From assembly GCA_951406725.2 (NCBI GenBank), contig OX597826.1:57536001-57600000 (forward strand): 64,000 nucleotides of DNA, read 5' to 3'. The stretch's first letter is position 1; every line of letters starts with the position of its first letter. The notes under the pieces were generated by a model. The model was not told the DNA's origin. It saw only the letters and a list, made by a program, of their open reading frames with translations, and made no database searches. The position numbers and the translations under genes were made by a program. Positions 28,535-43,824 of the stretch are shown here, piece after piece. This DNA is from Octopus vulgaris (Eukaryota).

Positions 28535-28720
28535 AAATACAGTCAATCCCTAATTTAAACAGCTAAAATGTTGGTAAGGCCCTTAATTTTAAGCAGCTCA
28601 AAATGCAATCAAATTCTTTACTTAAACAGCTAAAATGCAATCGAACCCTTTTCAACAGCTAAAATGTAGTCAAACCCTTATTTAACCAGCTAAAAATGCA
28701 GTTAAACTATTTGACAACTA
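28535..28720. repeat. Minisatellite, ~6 units of 29-34 bp
   Basis: Repeating AAAATGYARTCAAACCCTTA-TTTAAACAGCT-like unit. Confidence 0.8.
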
Positions 28721-28756
28721 AAAAAATCAAATATCAATTCACAAACAGAATAACCA

Positions 28757-28797
<41 letters not shown>

Positions 28798-31460
28798 TAA
28801 TAATAAATTCCAAAGATTACAAGAAAAATCAACTTTATTTTGTGGAATTCTTTTACCGTATTTCTGAGGAAATCGGCAAGTTGCAAAACTGCTAAAATGC
28901 CAGAGAAATGAATATCAACAGATCTCTTTCAACTCCTCAGAAATGAAATAAAGAAAGAAAAAGAAAAAAAAGGAAAAAAATAAAAGCATAAGTAAATAAC
29001 CCCAACACCAGAACTACCACCACCACTACTACTACTACTACATTTGAAATTAAGGATGAAAATAAGAAATGTTCCACTGTGGTAACATGAACATTTATTT
29101 CCTATAATCTATTTGCCTTGCTGAAAATAAAGCAGAGATTTTTCTTTGAAAGCAGCATTAGTTTTCACTGAAGTGAAAGAAATTAGCTAAAGAATTCTTG
29201 CTCTGGTTTTTATTTCACAAAAACCCACATGCATACACACATTCTCAAACTTCCAACGAATAAGCAATTTACTAAAATGGTGATTCACTTCTTAATTTAT
29301 TAGGATTATACCTCAATGAAATAAATCAAATTCATTTACCTGATATCCAGTTGAAAAAATAAAAATTCTTTTTCAACAAACTGAACAAAAATGCTTCGTA
29401 AAATTTGTGATATCTTGGAAGATACTTACCTAAAAAAAAGAAAAAGAAAAACGGTTTGATAGTGTAAATCATAGCTATAACAATCATTAACAGATATATA
29501 AAATTTATAACCAAAATTTGTCAAGCAAACACCTCCGCTTTACTTTTGAATATGTGGTGATTGTGGTGGTAGTGAGAGTATGTAGATGTATGTTAATGTG
29601 ACATTTCTATAGATTGGTAGGGCTTAGAAAGTGAAGATTTTCACTAGAGGTTCTAACTATACAGCTGCTAAATTGATGAATGATTGAGAGTTAGTAATGT
29701 AAAGAAAGAGGTGACCTCTCGTCTTCTAAAGATGATAGATATTCTTTTCTACTACAACTGCTGCTTAATAATTCATAAACATTTTAAATCATCTGGATTA
29801 TTTTTTCCTTTTACCTTGCAGTGGAATGTTCTTTTTATTGGCTAGGTTTTTTTGTTAACAGGTGTCCTACTGTTCTAAAGCTTATCAGTTTTCATAACAT
29901 TAATCAAGAGTGAAAAAGAGAGATTTTCTCTTTGGATAGGATGTAAGTTTATCACAAATTGGGAACAAGTTTCTTTTTCATTTCTTTTTTTCTTTTTTTT
30001 TTTTTTTTGCTCAGTTTATATATTTTTGTTATTACTTTCTATCATTGCAAGCCTATGAAACATTAATTAATCAGTGTCCTTTAAAGCACTGAGTTTTATG
30101 TTTCCAATAATACTTATTTATAGCTAGGTGAACTGGACTAATGACAGAACACCAATAATGGAGCATACAGCTGGTAAGCTTGCACTTATTATTCCATCAT
30201 TTGCAGTTCCTTCATGAGAAACAAGCATTCAGAGAATTGTCGGTAAGATACAACACTGGTCTGCATTGCATAAGATTAAAGTTCAAATCCACTGTAAGCC
30301 TTATCTTTGCAGTTTTTGTAAAACTATTTTGGAGAGTTGGTAACAGAACTGTCTTTTGATATTGTAGGAAAACTACATAAAACCCAGCCCAAGTACACGT
30401 TCTTTTTGTTTAGCCCCAAGTCAACCCTAATAAGGTACACTTATCACTGAAGAAATTCCAGCATGATCATACCATTTTTTTTTTTACAGCACTGTGTATT
30501 CCAGACTATGTTATCAAATAAGTACATTTTTTTAGATGTATGATATGATTTAAGAGAGGTTTTGCAGCTATTTCTAGCTGATCTAATTATCACATAAAGC
30601 TACCTCGTTTGTTTATACAAACACATACATTAATAAGGCAACTATGATACCGTATAAGAAACGGAGATCAAATCATTTTAAATATAGTCTTAGAAATCTG
30701 AAAGAAAAAAATAAGAGCCCTCAAAATTTGTGCCATCAGCAAATAATAATTCATTCCAGTAATCTAGAGCTGCTGTAGGTACTTTCTGTGTATTCTGGGG
30801 TAGTACACTTAATTTAATATCTCAGCTTAAATGGCTCTAAATGATAGGTTGCACATCAACTGGGAATGTCACTGGCAATAAACTGGTATCTGGAACTTTA
30901 TCTCTTATTCACTTAAGATCATGAAACCAGATCTCAATACCAGTCCCTCAAGTCTAAGGAATTACTACTTACATTACATGTGAGATAAGTAACTTCTAAA
31001 GTGGCTAGAATAATTGAATTTGCTTTTTTCCTGTCCTAGACATCCATCCTGTTACCTCAGGCTTAAACAACTTTAAACATACATTGGTTGGTTTTCTTTT
31101 ACTTTTTTTTTATATATATCCTTACACACTGCCATAAAGTTTTTCATTTTGTTTGTACCATATTTTAGGCTATTATGATTTAATTCCTATCGTAGATCTA
31201 TTCAAGTAGTCAGCTCTGATCAAACAGCCCTATGATGAAAGGAAGGCCAGACATGACCATCAAGTCATTTTTTTTTTTCTTTTTCAGATATAAGTACCAC
31301 AGACTGCAGAATCCAATATGTCTTTCAAGATCAGTATAACTTGTAGGAAATTTGGTTGCTATTTCTAGTAGGTTGAACAACTTATACAGAGAAACCTTTG
31401 TTGGTTTTATCCCTTCAAGTTTTCTTGTGAAGTGGAACTTGACTAAACAAAGTTTTAAAT

Positions 31461-31521
<61 letters not shown>

Positions 31522-31858
31522 CCATATTATGAAGAAAACACTGCAAATGAGATGAGAGATGTCAACCAGCTTTAGAAGTCATTATCATTTTGATAAACAT
31601 GTGTTTTGCAGGCATGCACACAAACATTACAAACACAGAGAAATATTGTTTGTTTTCGTTTCGTTTTATATTTTTTTTCTTCTTCTGCAATATAGCAAGA
31701 CACCAGCAGTGAGTCCAGGGCAAAAAGCTAAAGCAGCTAGAAACAAAAACAAACAGATAAAACGATGAGTATCTTGTTTAAGACAAATGTGTTTGTTTCT
31801 GAAATAGTCAGTAACATCTTGTGACATCTGTTATATAGTCTCTAAAACAAGTAAGAAG

Positions 31859-31942
<84 letters not shown>

Positions 31943-32389
31943 GTGTGTGTGTGTGTACGTATGTGTTTGTGTGTGTGTGTATGTGTCTTTTGAGATGACT
32001 AAACTTTGACAACAAACATCATTATCAGTATTGTTGATAACATTAGTGTTATTGTTGTTGTTGTTACTGTTGTAGATGTTGAAAAAAACAAAGTACAAAA
32101 CAAAAAAGACTGCTGAACTAAGTAAGTTTAGCCTGTTTGGACTGTGGGCCAGACAGCAGCTCTTAAAGCTGACAACATGGCAGCTACAGAATAGGAATTC
32201 CAGATAATCTCAGAAGACAAATCTAATAGTTTATAACTTCAAAGCTGTTTTGTATGTCTAGTTTGTGGGGAAGTGTGTGAGGGGAAGAGAGAGGAGGGTA
32301 GAAAGAGAGAGGTATGAGCTGTGTAGTGGATTTGAAGATGAAGAGAAAGAGAGAGAGATGGAGGGAGAGAGAGAGAGATATGCAGAGAG

Positions 32390-32570
32390 AGACAGAGAAA
32401 GAGGTACAGTGAAAGAGAGAAGTTATTGAAAGAGTACTGAGAATAGCAGAGAGAGAGAAAGAGAGAGAGAGAGAGAGTGGGAGGGAGAGAGAGATAGACA
32501 GAGAAAGTGGTAGAGTGAAAGAGAGAAGTTATTGAAAGAGTACTGAGAATAGCAGAGAGAGAGAGGGAGG

Positions 32571-32620
<50 letters not shown>

Positions 32621-32670
32621 CAGACAGAAAGAGAAAGTGGTACAGTGAAAGAGAGAAGTTATTGGAAGAA
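32390..32670. repeat. Tandem ~110-130 bp units embedded in (GA)n
   Basis: AGAGAAAG(A/T)GGTA(C/G)AGTGAAAGAGAGAAGTTATTG repeated three times (near 32394, 32500 and 32630). Confidence 0.8.
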
Positions 32671-33998
32671 TGCAGAAAATAGTAAAGAAAGAGAGAGAGA
32701 GAGAGAGAGAGAGTGCAAAGAAAATGGTAGGCAGTGAGAGAAATGATAAAGAGAAAATAATGAAAAGAGTAAAAAGATGGCCAATAGAAAGAGGGATGAG
32801 ACAAAGAAAAGGGAGAGAAAGGGGATGAAGAAGAATTGAGGAAGAGAGTGGGAGAAAGAGAAAGGAAGGAAAATTGGAGAGAGAGAAAAAGAATAAGAAA
32901 TGAGAGAAAGAAGAAAAGAACATTAAGAAGAGTTAAGAGAATAACAAAGAAAAGTGCAAAAAAAAAACAACAAACAATAAGATATAACAAAGAAAATGAA
33001 ATATAAAAAAAAATCAAGTGATTTCTTTTTTGTTCTTTTTAACCAATTCCTACATCAGTTGCTATGGAAGAAGTACTTTATTTTACTGTCTCAGTCTTGG
33101 TTCTTTAATAGATAGAGGATAACAAATAAGTGAGGAGAGATAGAGAGAGAGAGATAAAGAAGGGTTTTGCAATAACCACCACCACCACCCACCACCTCTA
33201 ACCCCACTTATTATTATTTTCTTTTTTTTTTTTTTTTTTTTTTTTTTGTCTGATATAAAGAATAAATCTTTAGATTAGCACACTGTTCTACACCTAAGAA
33301 ACCTAAATAATAGATAAGCTTGGCAAAAAATGTCAGGAAGGAAGGAATTTATTTTAGAGTTTCTGAAATTTTCTCGAATTTCTTATATACATTACACACA
33401 TAAACATATATTTACACATAAACATGTGTGTGTATGTGTTTGTATTTGTGTGCGTATGTGTGTGTGCGTGTGTGCGTGTGTGTGTGCATGTGTGTGTGTG
33501 TGTGTGTATGTGTGTGTGCGAGTGTTTACACATATATTTCTCAAAAGTCAGAGGTTGCTGACTTGAACAAACACACTAAAACAATTTTGAAAAAAACTTT
33601 TTTTATGTTTAGATAGTAAAATCCTTTACATAAGTGATATGGATGTGGGCATGATTGTGTGGCCGAGACAGTTTTCTTAACCAAGTGGTTCTGAGTTTGA
33701 TCATACTGTTTGGCAGCTTGAATAAGTACCTTCTGCCATGGCCTCAGGTTAACCGATGTTTTGTGAATCAAATTTGGTAAATGGAAAACTGTGTAGAAGC
33801 CCATTGTATATTTCAACTCTTTTACTGACTTCAGTCAATGAACTGCAACCATATTGGATGACACTTTCGGGGGTTTACTCAGTCAACATGACCCCCGGAC
33901 TTATTTTATGAAGCTCTATTTGAGTAACTGCTAAGTAACAGGACACATAATATGACACAAACACTGGTTGCTACATTATAAACACACGTATACACACA

Positions 33999-34047
<49 letters not shown>

Positions 34048-34914
34048 GAAATATGTTACGAAAAGAAAATATAAAATACATGTGGAAATGTAAGGGTAAA
34101 ATATGAAAAATCAACGAAAATGCATATTGCAAATAGAAAAAGGCTATTTATGACAGGTAACGACAAATATATACATTTAGATTGACTGAGGTATTGCACA
34201 AGATATAATAGAGTATCTGATCCAGCTGGTTGAATAACCAGGTCTAACAAACTGCCCTCTACAATACCACAATTTCTTTGCCTTGCCTATGTTTGTTTCA
34301 AAGATAGATGGGTATCTTGACCACATCAATTTTGTCAGTTTGGAAGCCCTGACTTGCAAAGAAGAAAAGAACTACTACTCCTGTTCTGAATAACTCATGG
34401 AGGAAAAAAAAAAACATTACGGTAGCCAGCCTTCAATTCATGGTCCACCAATGTCTTGCTTCATTAACTAATTTTCACTGTTCTGTACTCCACTGACAGT
34501 ACATCCTGAGTTACACATGTGGTCACTTCCCCACCCCCCACTGCCATAGTCACTTCCTGCATCTGTGAAACCGTTACTATTCAAATTACAATCTTCAGTA
34601 CTTCTTAGAAAGCTGTGGAACAATGGATGAGAAGCTATTATTTCTAAATCATACAGATAGTCAACAGCCAGAGAAAAGATGGCTTTAACCAGGTTGATTT
34701 TCTCAAGACAAACTACATATTAATGCACTTAGTCCTTCAAAAGCATCATAATATATTCAACCACCATCATCATCATCACTTTCATCTTCACCATTAGGTT
34801 CTTCATTTGCGTAACCAAGGAGGCAAGTGAAGGACGAAAACTTAAGATAGCATTTTTATATTTGGGTATCCTTTGTGTCACCTGTTTTTCAAGCAAAAAT
34901 ATTTATTCCACTGG

Positions 34915-35300
34915 TCTTCATTATCATTCTAACATATGTTTTTCGCATACTGGCATAGGTTAAATGGATCTGCCATAGAGCATAGCATTACTTATTATAC
35001 AATTACTTATCATTTCATTTGTGGGTCCCAGTATCCTGAGATCTAAATTTATCACTTCTTTCCTTGCCTTCTTGTAGTGAGTACCTTCAACTACATTTAC
35101 ATATCATGTTAAACAAGTGTAACACCTCTCTCGCATATATTTAATGCCCAGTCACTTTCTCAGTTCACTTGTGCTCCACCTTTCATGCAAGTTAATAATG
35201 CACATCAAACAAATCATACACAACTCAGTTATTGCCAGCCTTTACAGATCTTTTGCACTTAATACCCATGTCTCTTGGCCATGCAACGTCATGCATCTTA
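34915..35300 (-). pseudogene. RTE-clade LINE 3' fragment, decayed
   Basis: Minus translation TLHGQETWVLSAKDL*RLAITELCMICLMCIINLHERWSTSELRK*LGIK resembles the RTE ORF C-terminus (LHGSETW...MLRWMC...ELR.KLGI). A decayed (ATG)n-type tail lies at about 34915-34970. Confidence 0.7.
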
Positions 35301-35631
35301 CTCATACATTCTACCTTTGAGAAAAAGAAAACCATGTTGCCATTAGAGGTAGTAGCGCACTAAATTTCTTCCTCAATATTTTTTTTTTTATTCTAGCTCC
35401 CGTACTATCACTACAAACACTTCCAGAATTGGTGTTGTCATGAATGCATGCATGCACATGAATACAAGTACACAGGTAAAAGTATATATATATTATTTTA
35501 CATACCCTATGAATGCATATATTACATGCACACATTTGCATATTCTTTCTGTCGCTTTCTTTCTCGCATACATATACAAATGCTATTATGGGTGTGCATA
35601 TATAGGTATATGTGAGAGAGAGGTAGAGAGA

Positions 35632-35669
<38 letters not shown>

Positions 35670-36209
35670 CCATCTATCAGACCTGCCAAACAATGCTAAC
35701 CTTACATGAAGTTACTAACAAGGAATAAAAGAAAACAAATATTCACAAAGTAGTAAAAACAACAAAAAAAAATAGTAATTGTTGTGGAACTTCTATTGAA
35801 ATAATACTGCAGTTCTCCAAATGAGATGAAATACAGATACCACTTTTAACTATAAAGTGTTATAACCAGTCAGTACTAAGCCATAGTTTCATATCCATTT
35901 AGAATAAGATTATAATTTCCCCCCAGTTAAGATGTCAGTCTATTATAGGTAACATTTCCCAACAGATGATTCGAAACCTGTTCTTGAAAGGTGCATCAAA
36001 TAAGTTATCTAGAAATAAATATTCTACCTTCGAGGCAACATATTAATAGAGTGAAAAGTTTGCAGGGCTGTTGTTAATCTTATATAGCTGCTCCGTAATT
36101 CATTTATGTTACAAGCCAAAAATGTACTTATTATTTCTAATGTAGACATTCAACCACACATTTTGTGATAATATCAAGATTTGAATGGTATTTATGTTAA
36201 CCTCAGAAT

Positions 36210-36795
36210 CAGTGGTACTCAACCAGGGTTCATATGACTCCTAAGAGTCTATATAAAATTTTGAGGGTCTAATCAACAAAATAGTAAACTGGGGATCCAC
36301 AATATTATATTAGGATCTTTTCTAAAAGATGGACAGAATTTCTACTTAACTAAATAATAAACTTCGTATACTGGTAGAATGTGTCAAAAGAAAACATTAA
36401 TTTCAATTAGTTTTTTTGAGAAAATTGTATTTTGTAACTTTTACGTAGTTTAATTCTTCGAATTTTAACCAATGAAATCCCAGCATTTAAGCTAAATTCA
36501 GTTGCTGTGTCTAAGTAAACAGCAGACACACACACACGCACGCATGTTTAAGATCCCCTGAAAAAGTTTTGCTCTAAATGTATGCATTGGTGTGTATTGC
36601 AAGAATCAGCCTGGTTTCTTTCTCTAACATTTTACATAGTTCAACCATCACAAGTTAATGTTAGTAAAACAAAACAGGAATTTTGAAAGAAGTTTCTATA
36701 AAGCTAGCTTTTCAACATCATATGGCTATGGGGATTTACCAGAATAGAATAGCAATCAAAGGGATTCACAGATAAAAAATGGTTGAGTGTTCTTG
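36210..36795. mobile_element. hAT-like MITE
   Basis: Imperfect TIR CAGTGGTACTCAACC / GGTTGAGTGTTCTTG with 8-bp TSD CTCAGAAT (36202-36209, 36796-36803). It interrupts an old SINE B-like core. Confidence 0.75.
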
Positions 36796-37087
36796 CTCAG
36801 AATGATGAAAAGCAAAGTCAACCTTAGTAGATATATTACAGAAATTGGAAAAAATACCTTGTGGTATTTCTTTTGGCTCTTTACATTCTGACTTTAAATT
36901 CTACTTGTGGGGATCTACCACAATAGAATAGCAATCAAAGGGGCCCATAGATAAAAAAAATGGTTGAGTGTTCTTGCTCAGAATGATGAAAAGCAAAGTC
37001 AACCTTAGTAGATATATTACAGAAATTGGAAAAAATTCCTTGTGGTATTTCTTTTGGCTCTTTACATTCTGACTTTAAATTCCACTT
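36729..37087. repeat. ~180 bp tandem duplication
   Basis: 36729-36907 and 36908-37087 are near-identical and include the right end of the MITE plus its flank. Confidence 0.92.
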
Positions 37088-38494
37088 AAGCTCACTTTGT
37101 CTAACTTTGTCTTTCATCCCACTGCAGTTCAGTACTGGGAAGCAATGGTAATAGCTAACTTACTCCTGCAAAATTACTAATCTGGCGCTTAAATTAGAAA
37201 TAATAATAATAATAATAATCATAGCTGAAGCCAATACTTTACAATGTTCTCACATATTCCCATTTTAGTTCTGACTAATGCTCCTAAACATCACCACTGA
37301 ATATTGTAGCCATCTTCACCTGCTGTGTAGGTAATTGTATTTCTAATGGGACTTGACTCCAGGGGGTGGTAAGTATCACAAGCTAATGTCTATAAATCAG
37401 CAAATAAAAGGGACTTACTACCAACGGAAATCTAGGGCACAGCCAGAAGTATTGTTTTTATTCTAATGGTCACTAAAAGTGCATATAAAGAAAAATATAT
37501 ATACATAAAAGGTCAGGGCTATTAGCAGTGGGTGGAAGGGACTCTGTAAGTCCCCCATTTTCATCAAATATGACATATGATCTATCTACCTAAGCTAAAT
37601 TGGAGTAAATGACCAGATGCCAGAAAGAAAACAACAACAACAACAACAAAATAACCAAACGGTGTGAAATGAGAGGTGTGAAACAGACTCCCTTCTCACC
37701 TTCTACTAAATAATAAATAAGGGAATATATGGGAAAATACAGAAGAGACCAAAAAAAAAAAAAAAAAAAAAGAAGGATTATGGAAAATTGCAACATTACA
37801 CTTTTAAGATGTCATTTATTTCCTTTATTAGCTCCTTTGTGACAATGGTATAGTCAAACTAAGTCACACAAGACATTCATCACACCAAGCAATCATTTTA
37901 CTCCAACAATACAAACATCAAACAATGTGGGAAAAAAAAAACATCAATTTGGTTTCTCAGCTTGCTAGAAATAACAGCAGCATCTACCTCAAATCACACC
38001 TTTCTGTCTTAGAAAAGAGTTCACGAGATGTAGTTCCATGTAAACCTAAGACTAACAAAATTATTGCAGCTGAAATCACTTTGACTGTAGGTCAGCTCTT
38101 TCAGGCTTGACATGAAGCCAACCAACTACACTTCACCAAGAAAGCCTTATATGTGGTTACTTGAGTTATTAGACATAGCAACAGAATCTCCCTCAAATAC
38201 AGCCTACTATCTTGAAATGAGAAGGACCTTGTGAATAATGTTGTCATATGTATCAGTGATATGTATCAATAAGAGTGATACTAAGCTTGTAAAGTGTCAC
38301 CATGGATCAGAACTCTTTCTTCAGCCAGATCAAAAGAGGAAAACAAGTCAACTGTTTCAAATTTTCTTGTTTACATTAAGATAGAGACTTGAAGATGTCT
38401 GTACCACTCCAAAACGAATTATTCTAAACACTCCAAAAGCAAAGTTTGAGAAGTCATTAAACAAACATGAAGATGGTATATAAAGATCTGAATA

Positions 38495-38568
38495 CATATA
38501 TATACATACATACATATATATATATACATACATACATACATACATACATACATACATACATACATACA

Positions 38569-38646
<78 letters not shown>

Positions 38647-38673
38647 CACACATATACATATATATACATATAC

Positions 38674-38704
<31 letters not shown>

Positions 38705-38711
38705 CATATAC

Positions 38712-38744
<33 letters not shown>

Positions 38745-38812
38745 GATAGATAAATTTCCTCTATTTACATAATATTGAGGTCTCTTTCTTTCTTTTGTTA
38801 TCTTACCGTTTT

Positions 38813-38856
<44 letters not shown>

Positions 38857-38948
38857 CATACATAAACATATATATATACATATACATACATACGTATATA
38901 TAGATATATACATATACATGCATACATATATATATATACATATACATG

Positions 38949-38992
<44 letters not shown>

Positions 38993-38995
38993 TAT
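38495..38995. repeat. (TA)n/(TACA)n compound microsatellite with ~70 bp unique insert
   Basis: Directly visible; the insert is at about 38745-38816. Confidence 0.93.
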
Positions 38996-40115
38996 TCTAC
39001 ATCTGCTGATTACATACACACACAAACAGATTGTAAGATATTTTATTTGCAAAGTTTTAATAAGTGGGTCTGAATCTTCATTACACAGGCATAAGTATGC
39101 AAGTTTGCTATGAGGGTGTACATGCATAAGGGTCAATATGCAAGGGCATCTGCTGATAGAAACCATACCAAAGCAGACATTAGAGCTTGATACAGTCCTT
39201 GGGCCCATCAGATTCTGTCACACTATCCAATCCATCCATGTCAGCATGAAATATGGGCATTAAATGCTGATGGTGATATATGTATGTGTGCATATGCTTA
39301 CATGAGCACAAATATGCAGTCACAAACAGATGTGCACACACACACACACACACACAGATATACATACAAACATACAATGGCAGACACACGCAATTTATTT
39401 TCATCCCTGCAAAGCTGAAGGGTGAGATAGTTCTGCAAATACAGACATCTAGATAGTTTTTCAAAAAATAAATAGACAGGAAGGAAAGATAAAAAAAAAA
39501 GAAAAGGAAAATAGTTGGAATTATTTTGTGGACATTAGAACATTGTTTTCCTATTATAGACAAACATATTCCTTTTTATCCTCTAGCTTTGAAGAGCCAC
39601 AAATTGATATTGTGTTTGGGTAACAATGAAAATGTTTATTCTTATGGTTAGTCATCCTTATTAATGCAAACCCTTAATTTGTGATACTGGGAGGGGCTGA
39701 TGATTATTTCCAAACAGACATTAGATTTGGGCAAGTAGAGTGCAGATAGGATGTACAGCTGACAAACTGAAAACAAAGCCTGCTAGTTTAAAGAAGCCCC
39801 TGCTTCACCCAGTAGTGTCCAGCCCCCTTAAACACACACTCAATCATTATGATTCTATAAAACGACCTCAACCATTGGTGGCATAGGAAAGTGAACAAAT
39901 ACTATTACCAAGTGTGTGTGTATGTGTTTATGTATGTATGTATGTATGTATATATGTATGTATGTATGTATATATATATATGTATATATATATATAATCA
40001 CTGCTAAGCACATACACACTGTATTAGAGTCAAAGAAACATCCAGAATTATTCTCTTTAAATTGATTAGATGATGCCAACTGGAAAATATATCTAGGGCC
40101 AAAGAGTGTGTATGT

Positions 40116-40163
<48 letters not shown>

Positions 40164-40645
40164 ACATAAAGCATGTATGTATGTAATGCAATGTGTCTAA
40201 GAGTGTGCATAAATATACACAAATGTGTACATTTACACATTCTTCACTCTCACACACACACACAGTCACACAAGCACACACATACACACTTCGATATTAT
40301 ACACACCCAAGCAATTGTGACCATAGATGTCACAGTGATAATCCATTGTAACTCTATCAGATGGTCAAGTTGACCACTATCACACAGAACAGACAAAACT
40401 AAACAAAACACACTGAAAACGAAAGTGACTAACTGTAATAATGTGAGGCATTGTTGTTGCGATTGTTGTAGTTGTGGTGACAGTAATTTATCCACAACAA
40501 TGACAGAACAGTTACTGTTGGTAACAACAATCAATGATGATGATGATGTTGAGGAGGAGGCGGAGGCGGATGATGAGGAGGATAGTAGTGGTGGTAGTAG
40601 TGATGGTAATATTTATGATTTCTAACTTTGGCACAAAAACAATTA

Positions 40646-40735
<90 letters not shown>

Positions 40736-40995
40736 TAATAAAGTTCTGGACTTATTTGCAAAGTCCATTGTTTTATTATTTATTGTTGTTGTTGTTGCTG
40801 TTTCCTCCACCCCTCTACAGACCAGACCCTAAAACGAAGGGGAAGTGAAAGGGGGAGGATGTAAGCAATTAAACACTGCAATGCTTCATGACACAAACAG
40901 AATAGTTATCATTGATGTATGTGAGAAGGGACAGTGTCTGTCATAATAATAATAATAAGGACCATGATGATGATGATAATGAATATGATGATAAC

Positions 40996-41029
<34 letters not shown>

Positions 41030-41325
41030 GCTCCTATCATACGTGAATCATGGAAGTGGTGGTGGGGGGTTCGGGAGTACAGTAAAAGTTAACACAAAAC
41101 AAGCCAGGAGCAGGATGGTTGGCAACGGTGTTGGTGGTAGTGGTCATTTTGAAGAACTGGCTGGTAAATACTCAAGAGGAAATGGTTACTGCCAAGAGAC
41201 TGGAAGACAATTGATATTGTTGTTGTTGCTGCTGTTGTTTGTGTGATAGCGGTGATAGTGGTGTGTTGAAACCAGAGGTTATGTCATGTAACAATCCTTA
41301 GCAAAGGAGGATGGGTGAGAGGAAG

Positions 41326-41361
<36 letters not shown>

Positions 41362-41857
41362 TAAAAGACTTTCGACATAAAATTTTTTTTTCAAGCTCAA
41401 AATGACTGTCTGATTGGTCATTTAGTTGGTTGTTGTTGAACTTTAGGTTAGTGGTGATCAAGCAGACCTATGATCAAAGACATCCCGCACGTGACCATCC
41501 AGCTTTTTTCTTAGACAGTGCAACTAGCAACTAGCAACTCGCTATTGAATGTGTCCTTTTTTTTTTTTCCTTGTGATGCAAAAGTGCATTTTGAAAAATG
41601 GTTAGCAACAGCATAGATGCTTTTAGGGACTGTTGGTGCAGCTGATGGTGCATAGAAACCAGAAGTTCTTGAGCACAAAAACTATTTGTCCTTTGATAAG
41701 TAATTTCAATCTTGAACACCTTGTTAAAAATAATAACTAAATTAGGTGGAAAACTGTTTATGATACCCAACCAGAATAGGATATTTTAGAAAGGAGAAAA
41801 GTCAGAGGGGCAAATGCAAAACATGAGAAATAAAGACTAACAAAATGTAAGACAGGT

Positions 41858-42021
41858 ACGTTCTGGGTTCAAATTCCGCCGAGGTCGACTTTGCCTTTCA
41901 TCCCTTCGGGGTCGATAAATTAAGTACCAGTTACGCACTGGGGTCGATGTAATCGACTTAATCCGTTTGCCTGTCCTTGTTTGTCCCCTCTATGTTTAGC
42001 CCCTTGTGGGTAATAAAGAAA
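41858..42021 (+). mobile_element. SINE family B, 5'-truncated
   Basis: ACGTTCTGGGTTCAAATTCCGCCGAGGTCGAC...CCCCTTGTGGGTAATAAAGAAA. Confidence 0.92.
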
Positions 42022-42080
42022 CAGATATATACTAGCAAAGGAGAGGGAGGGATAGAAAAACAAGAAGTGGTGATGAAGAC

Positions 42081-42113
<33 letters not shown>

Positions 42114-43020
42114 CAGACAGAAAGCAAGAGAAAAATAGCAATGAAAAAAAAAGTAGAAAAGAGACCATAAGACTGGAGAATAGTTCTATAAAGGAATAAA
42201 AAAAATAAAAAGAAATTATTTTTTTAATGGATTAAAAATTTTATGTTTGAGAGAGAAGAAAGAGAGAGAGAGACAGAGAGAGAGAGACAGAGTGAGTGAG
42301 TGAGTGAGTGAATAGGAGAGACTTTGTATATATGAATATAATATTAAAACAAACATTAAAAAAATACATCAAAACATGAGAATAGCAGTGAAAGAAAGAG
42401 AGAGAGAGAGAGACTCTTAAATACAAAGTCTGAGAGGTGTGTTTTTGTATTTCTTTTCATGCCAGTTTCTCATGCTCAGTTACTGAAGTCTATTTTATCC
42501 AGCAAGTGAATTTGTCTGTTCATGTTTATTAAGATCAATAATTAGTTAACTGTAGAAATACTGTTATCACATCTTGGTTAATTTCCAATTTGTCATTTCA
42601 CATTCCCTATAGAAGCTGCAGTATGTAAGCAAACAATACACATGGACATTATGTTTACATTACACATATTTGTCCATACATGTATACACTACTTACATAC
42701 ATACATACGTACATTAAATACATACATACATCGAATATATATACATAGACACAGATGTACATATACATAAACCAGAACATGCAAATACTTAGATATGTAT
42801 ATAGCAGAAATATTTACATACATTCACACAACACATGTACATACATATCCTTAACATTTATATATATATATGTACATATAGCACGTATACTTACAATTAT
42901 GCACGGACATATATATATATTCATTTGTATTTATGTATGTGTGTATTTGCATGCAAGTATTTATATGTGCAAATGTTCCAATAACATTTATATATATGTA
43001 GATATAGATATATATATATG

Positions 43021-43089
<69 letters not shown>

Positions 43090-43766
43090 TATATATATAT
43101 ATATACACACACACACATATATATATATATGTGTGTGTGTAGATATATATAAACAATAATTACATTCACACAGATCTATACATGTGTATATATCTATGTA
43201 TATGTGCATACGCATGTAAGTATTTCTGTGTACATGTGTTCCATGGGTATGAATGTATATGCATATCTGATCATAATGTGTGTATATGTAAGCAAATGCA
43301 CTTACATAGACACACGTTTTTGTTTTTTAAATCCACTTTTTCCTATCAGCAAAATTTTAATCAGTAGACGAATGTTACACAAGTACATGTGAACTCTACA
43401 AAAAATGTCAACATGTAAGATGCTAATTATTCTAATAATTATAATTAATTACTGTTGGGTTGGATCATTAGTGCCAAAACAAAAAGAAGTTGTTTCAATC
43501 CCACTGTAAACGAAGGACTTTTTCTTACGACAAATAAAAAGTTGTCTCATAAACATACACACATACACAAAAGGCCAGGAATTCAATTCTGATAGTTGTC
43601 ACATAAAACCCAATGCTTACAGAATATGATATGTCCCGCTGGCCACAGGCTTGAATTTCCTGACCATTGTCACTTTAGATAAAACAGGAAAATACCTTTG
43701 AGACATGTATGTTCAACAGAAAGAGCATTCAGTCTTGAAAGTTCCTGCTTTATGGAGGAGTGTGTG

Positions 43767-43824
<58 letters not shown>

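Noticed and set aside
28860-28945. Short inverted repeats (also 17494-17582, 6592-6621) as miRNA hairpins
   Set aside because: Only 10-12 bp of pairing; no extended stem or known mature miRNA recognised.
29822-29942. Strong acceptor and GTAAGT donor pair
   Set aside because: Stops in all three frames; cannot be supported as an exon without RNA data.
38385-38475. Possible exon [30 protein letters not shown]
   Set aside because: Weak acceptor and donor (GTATAT); no recognisable homology.
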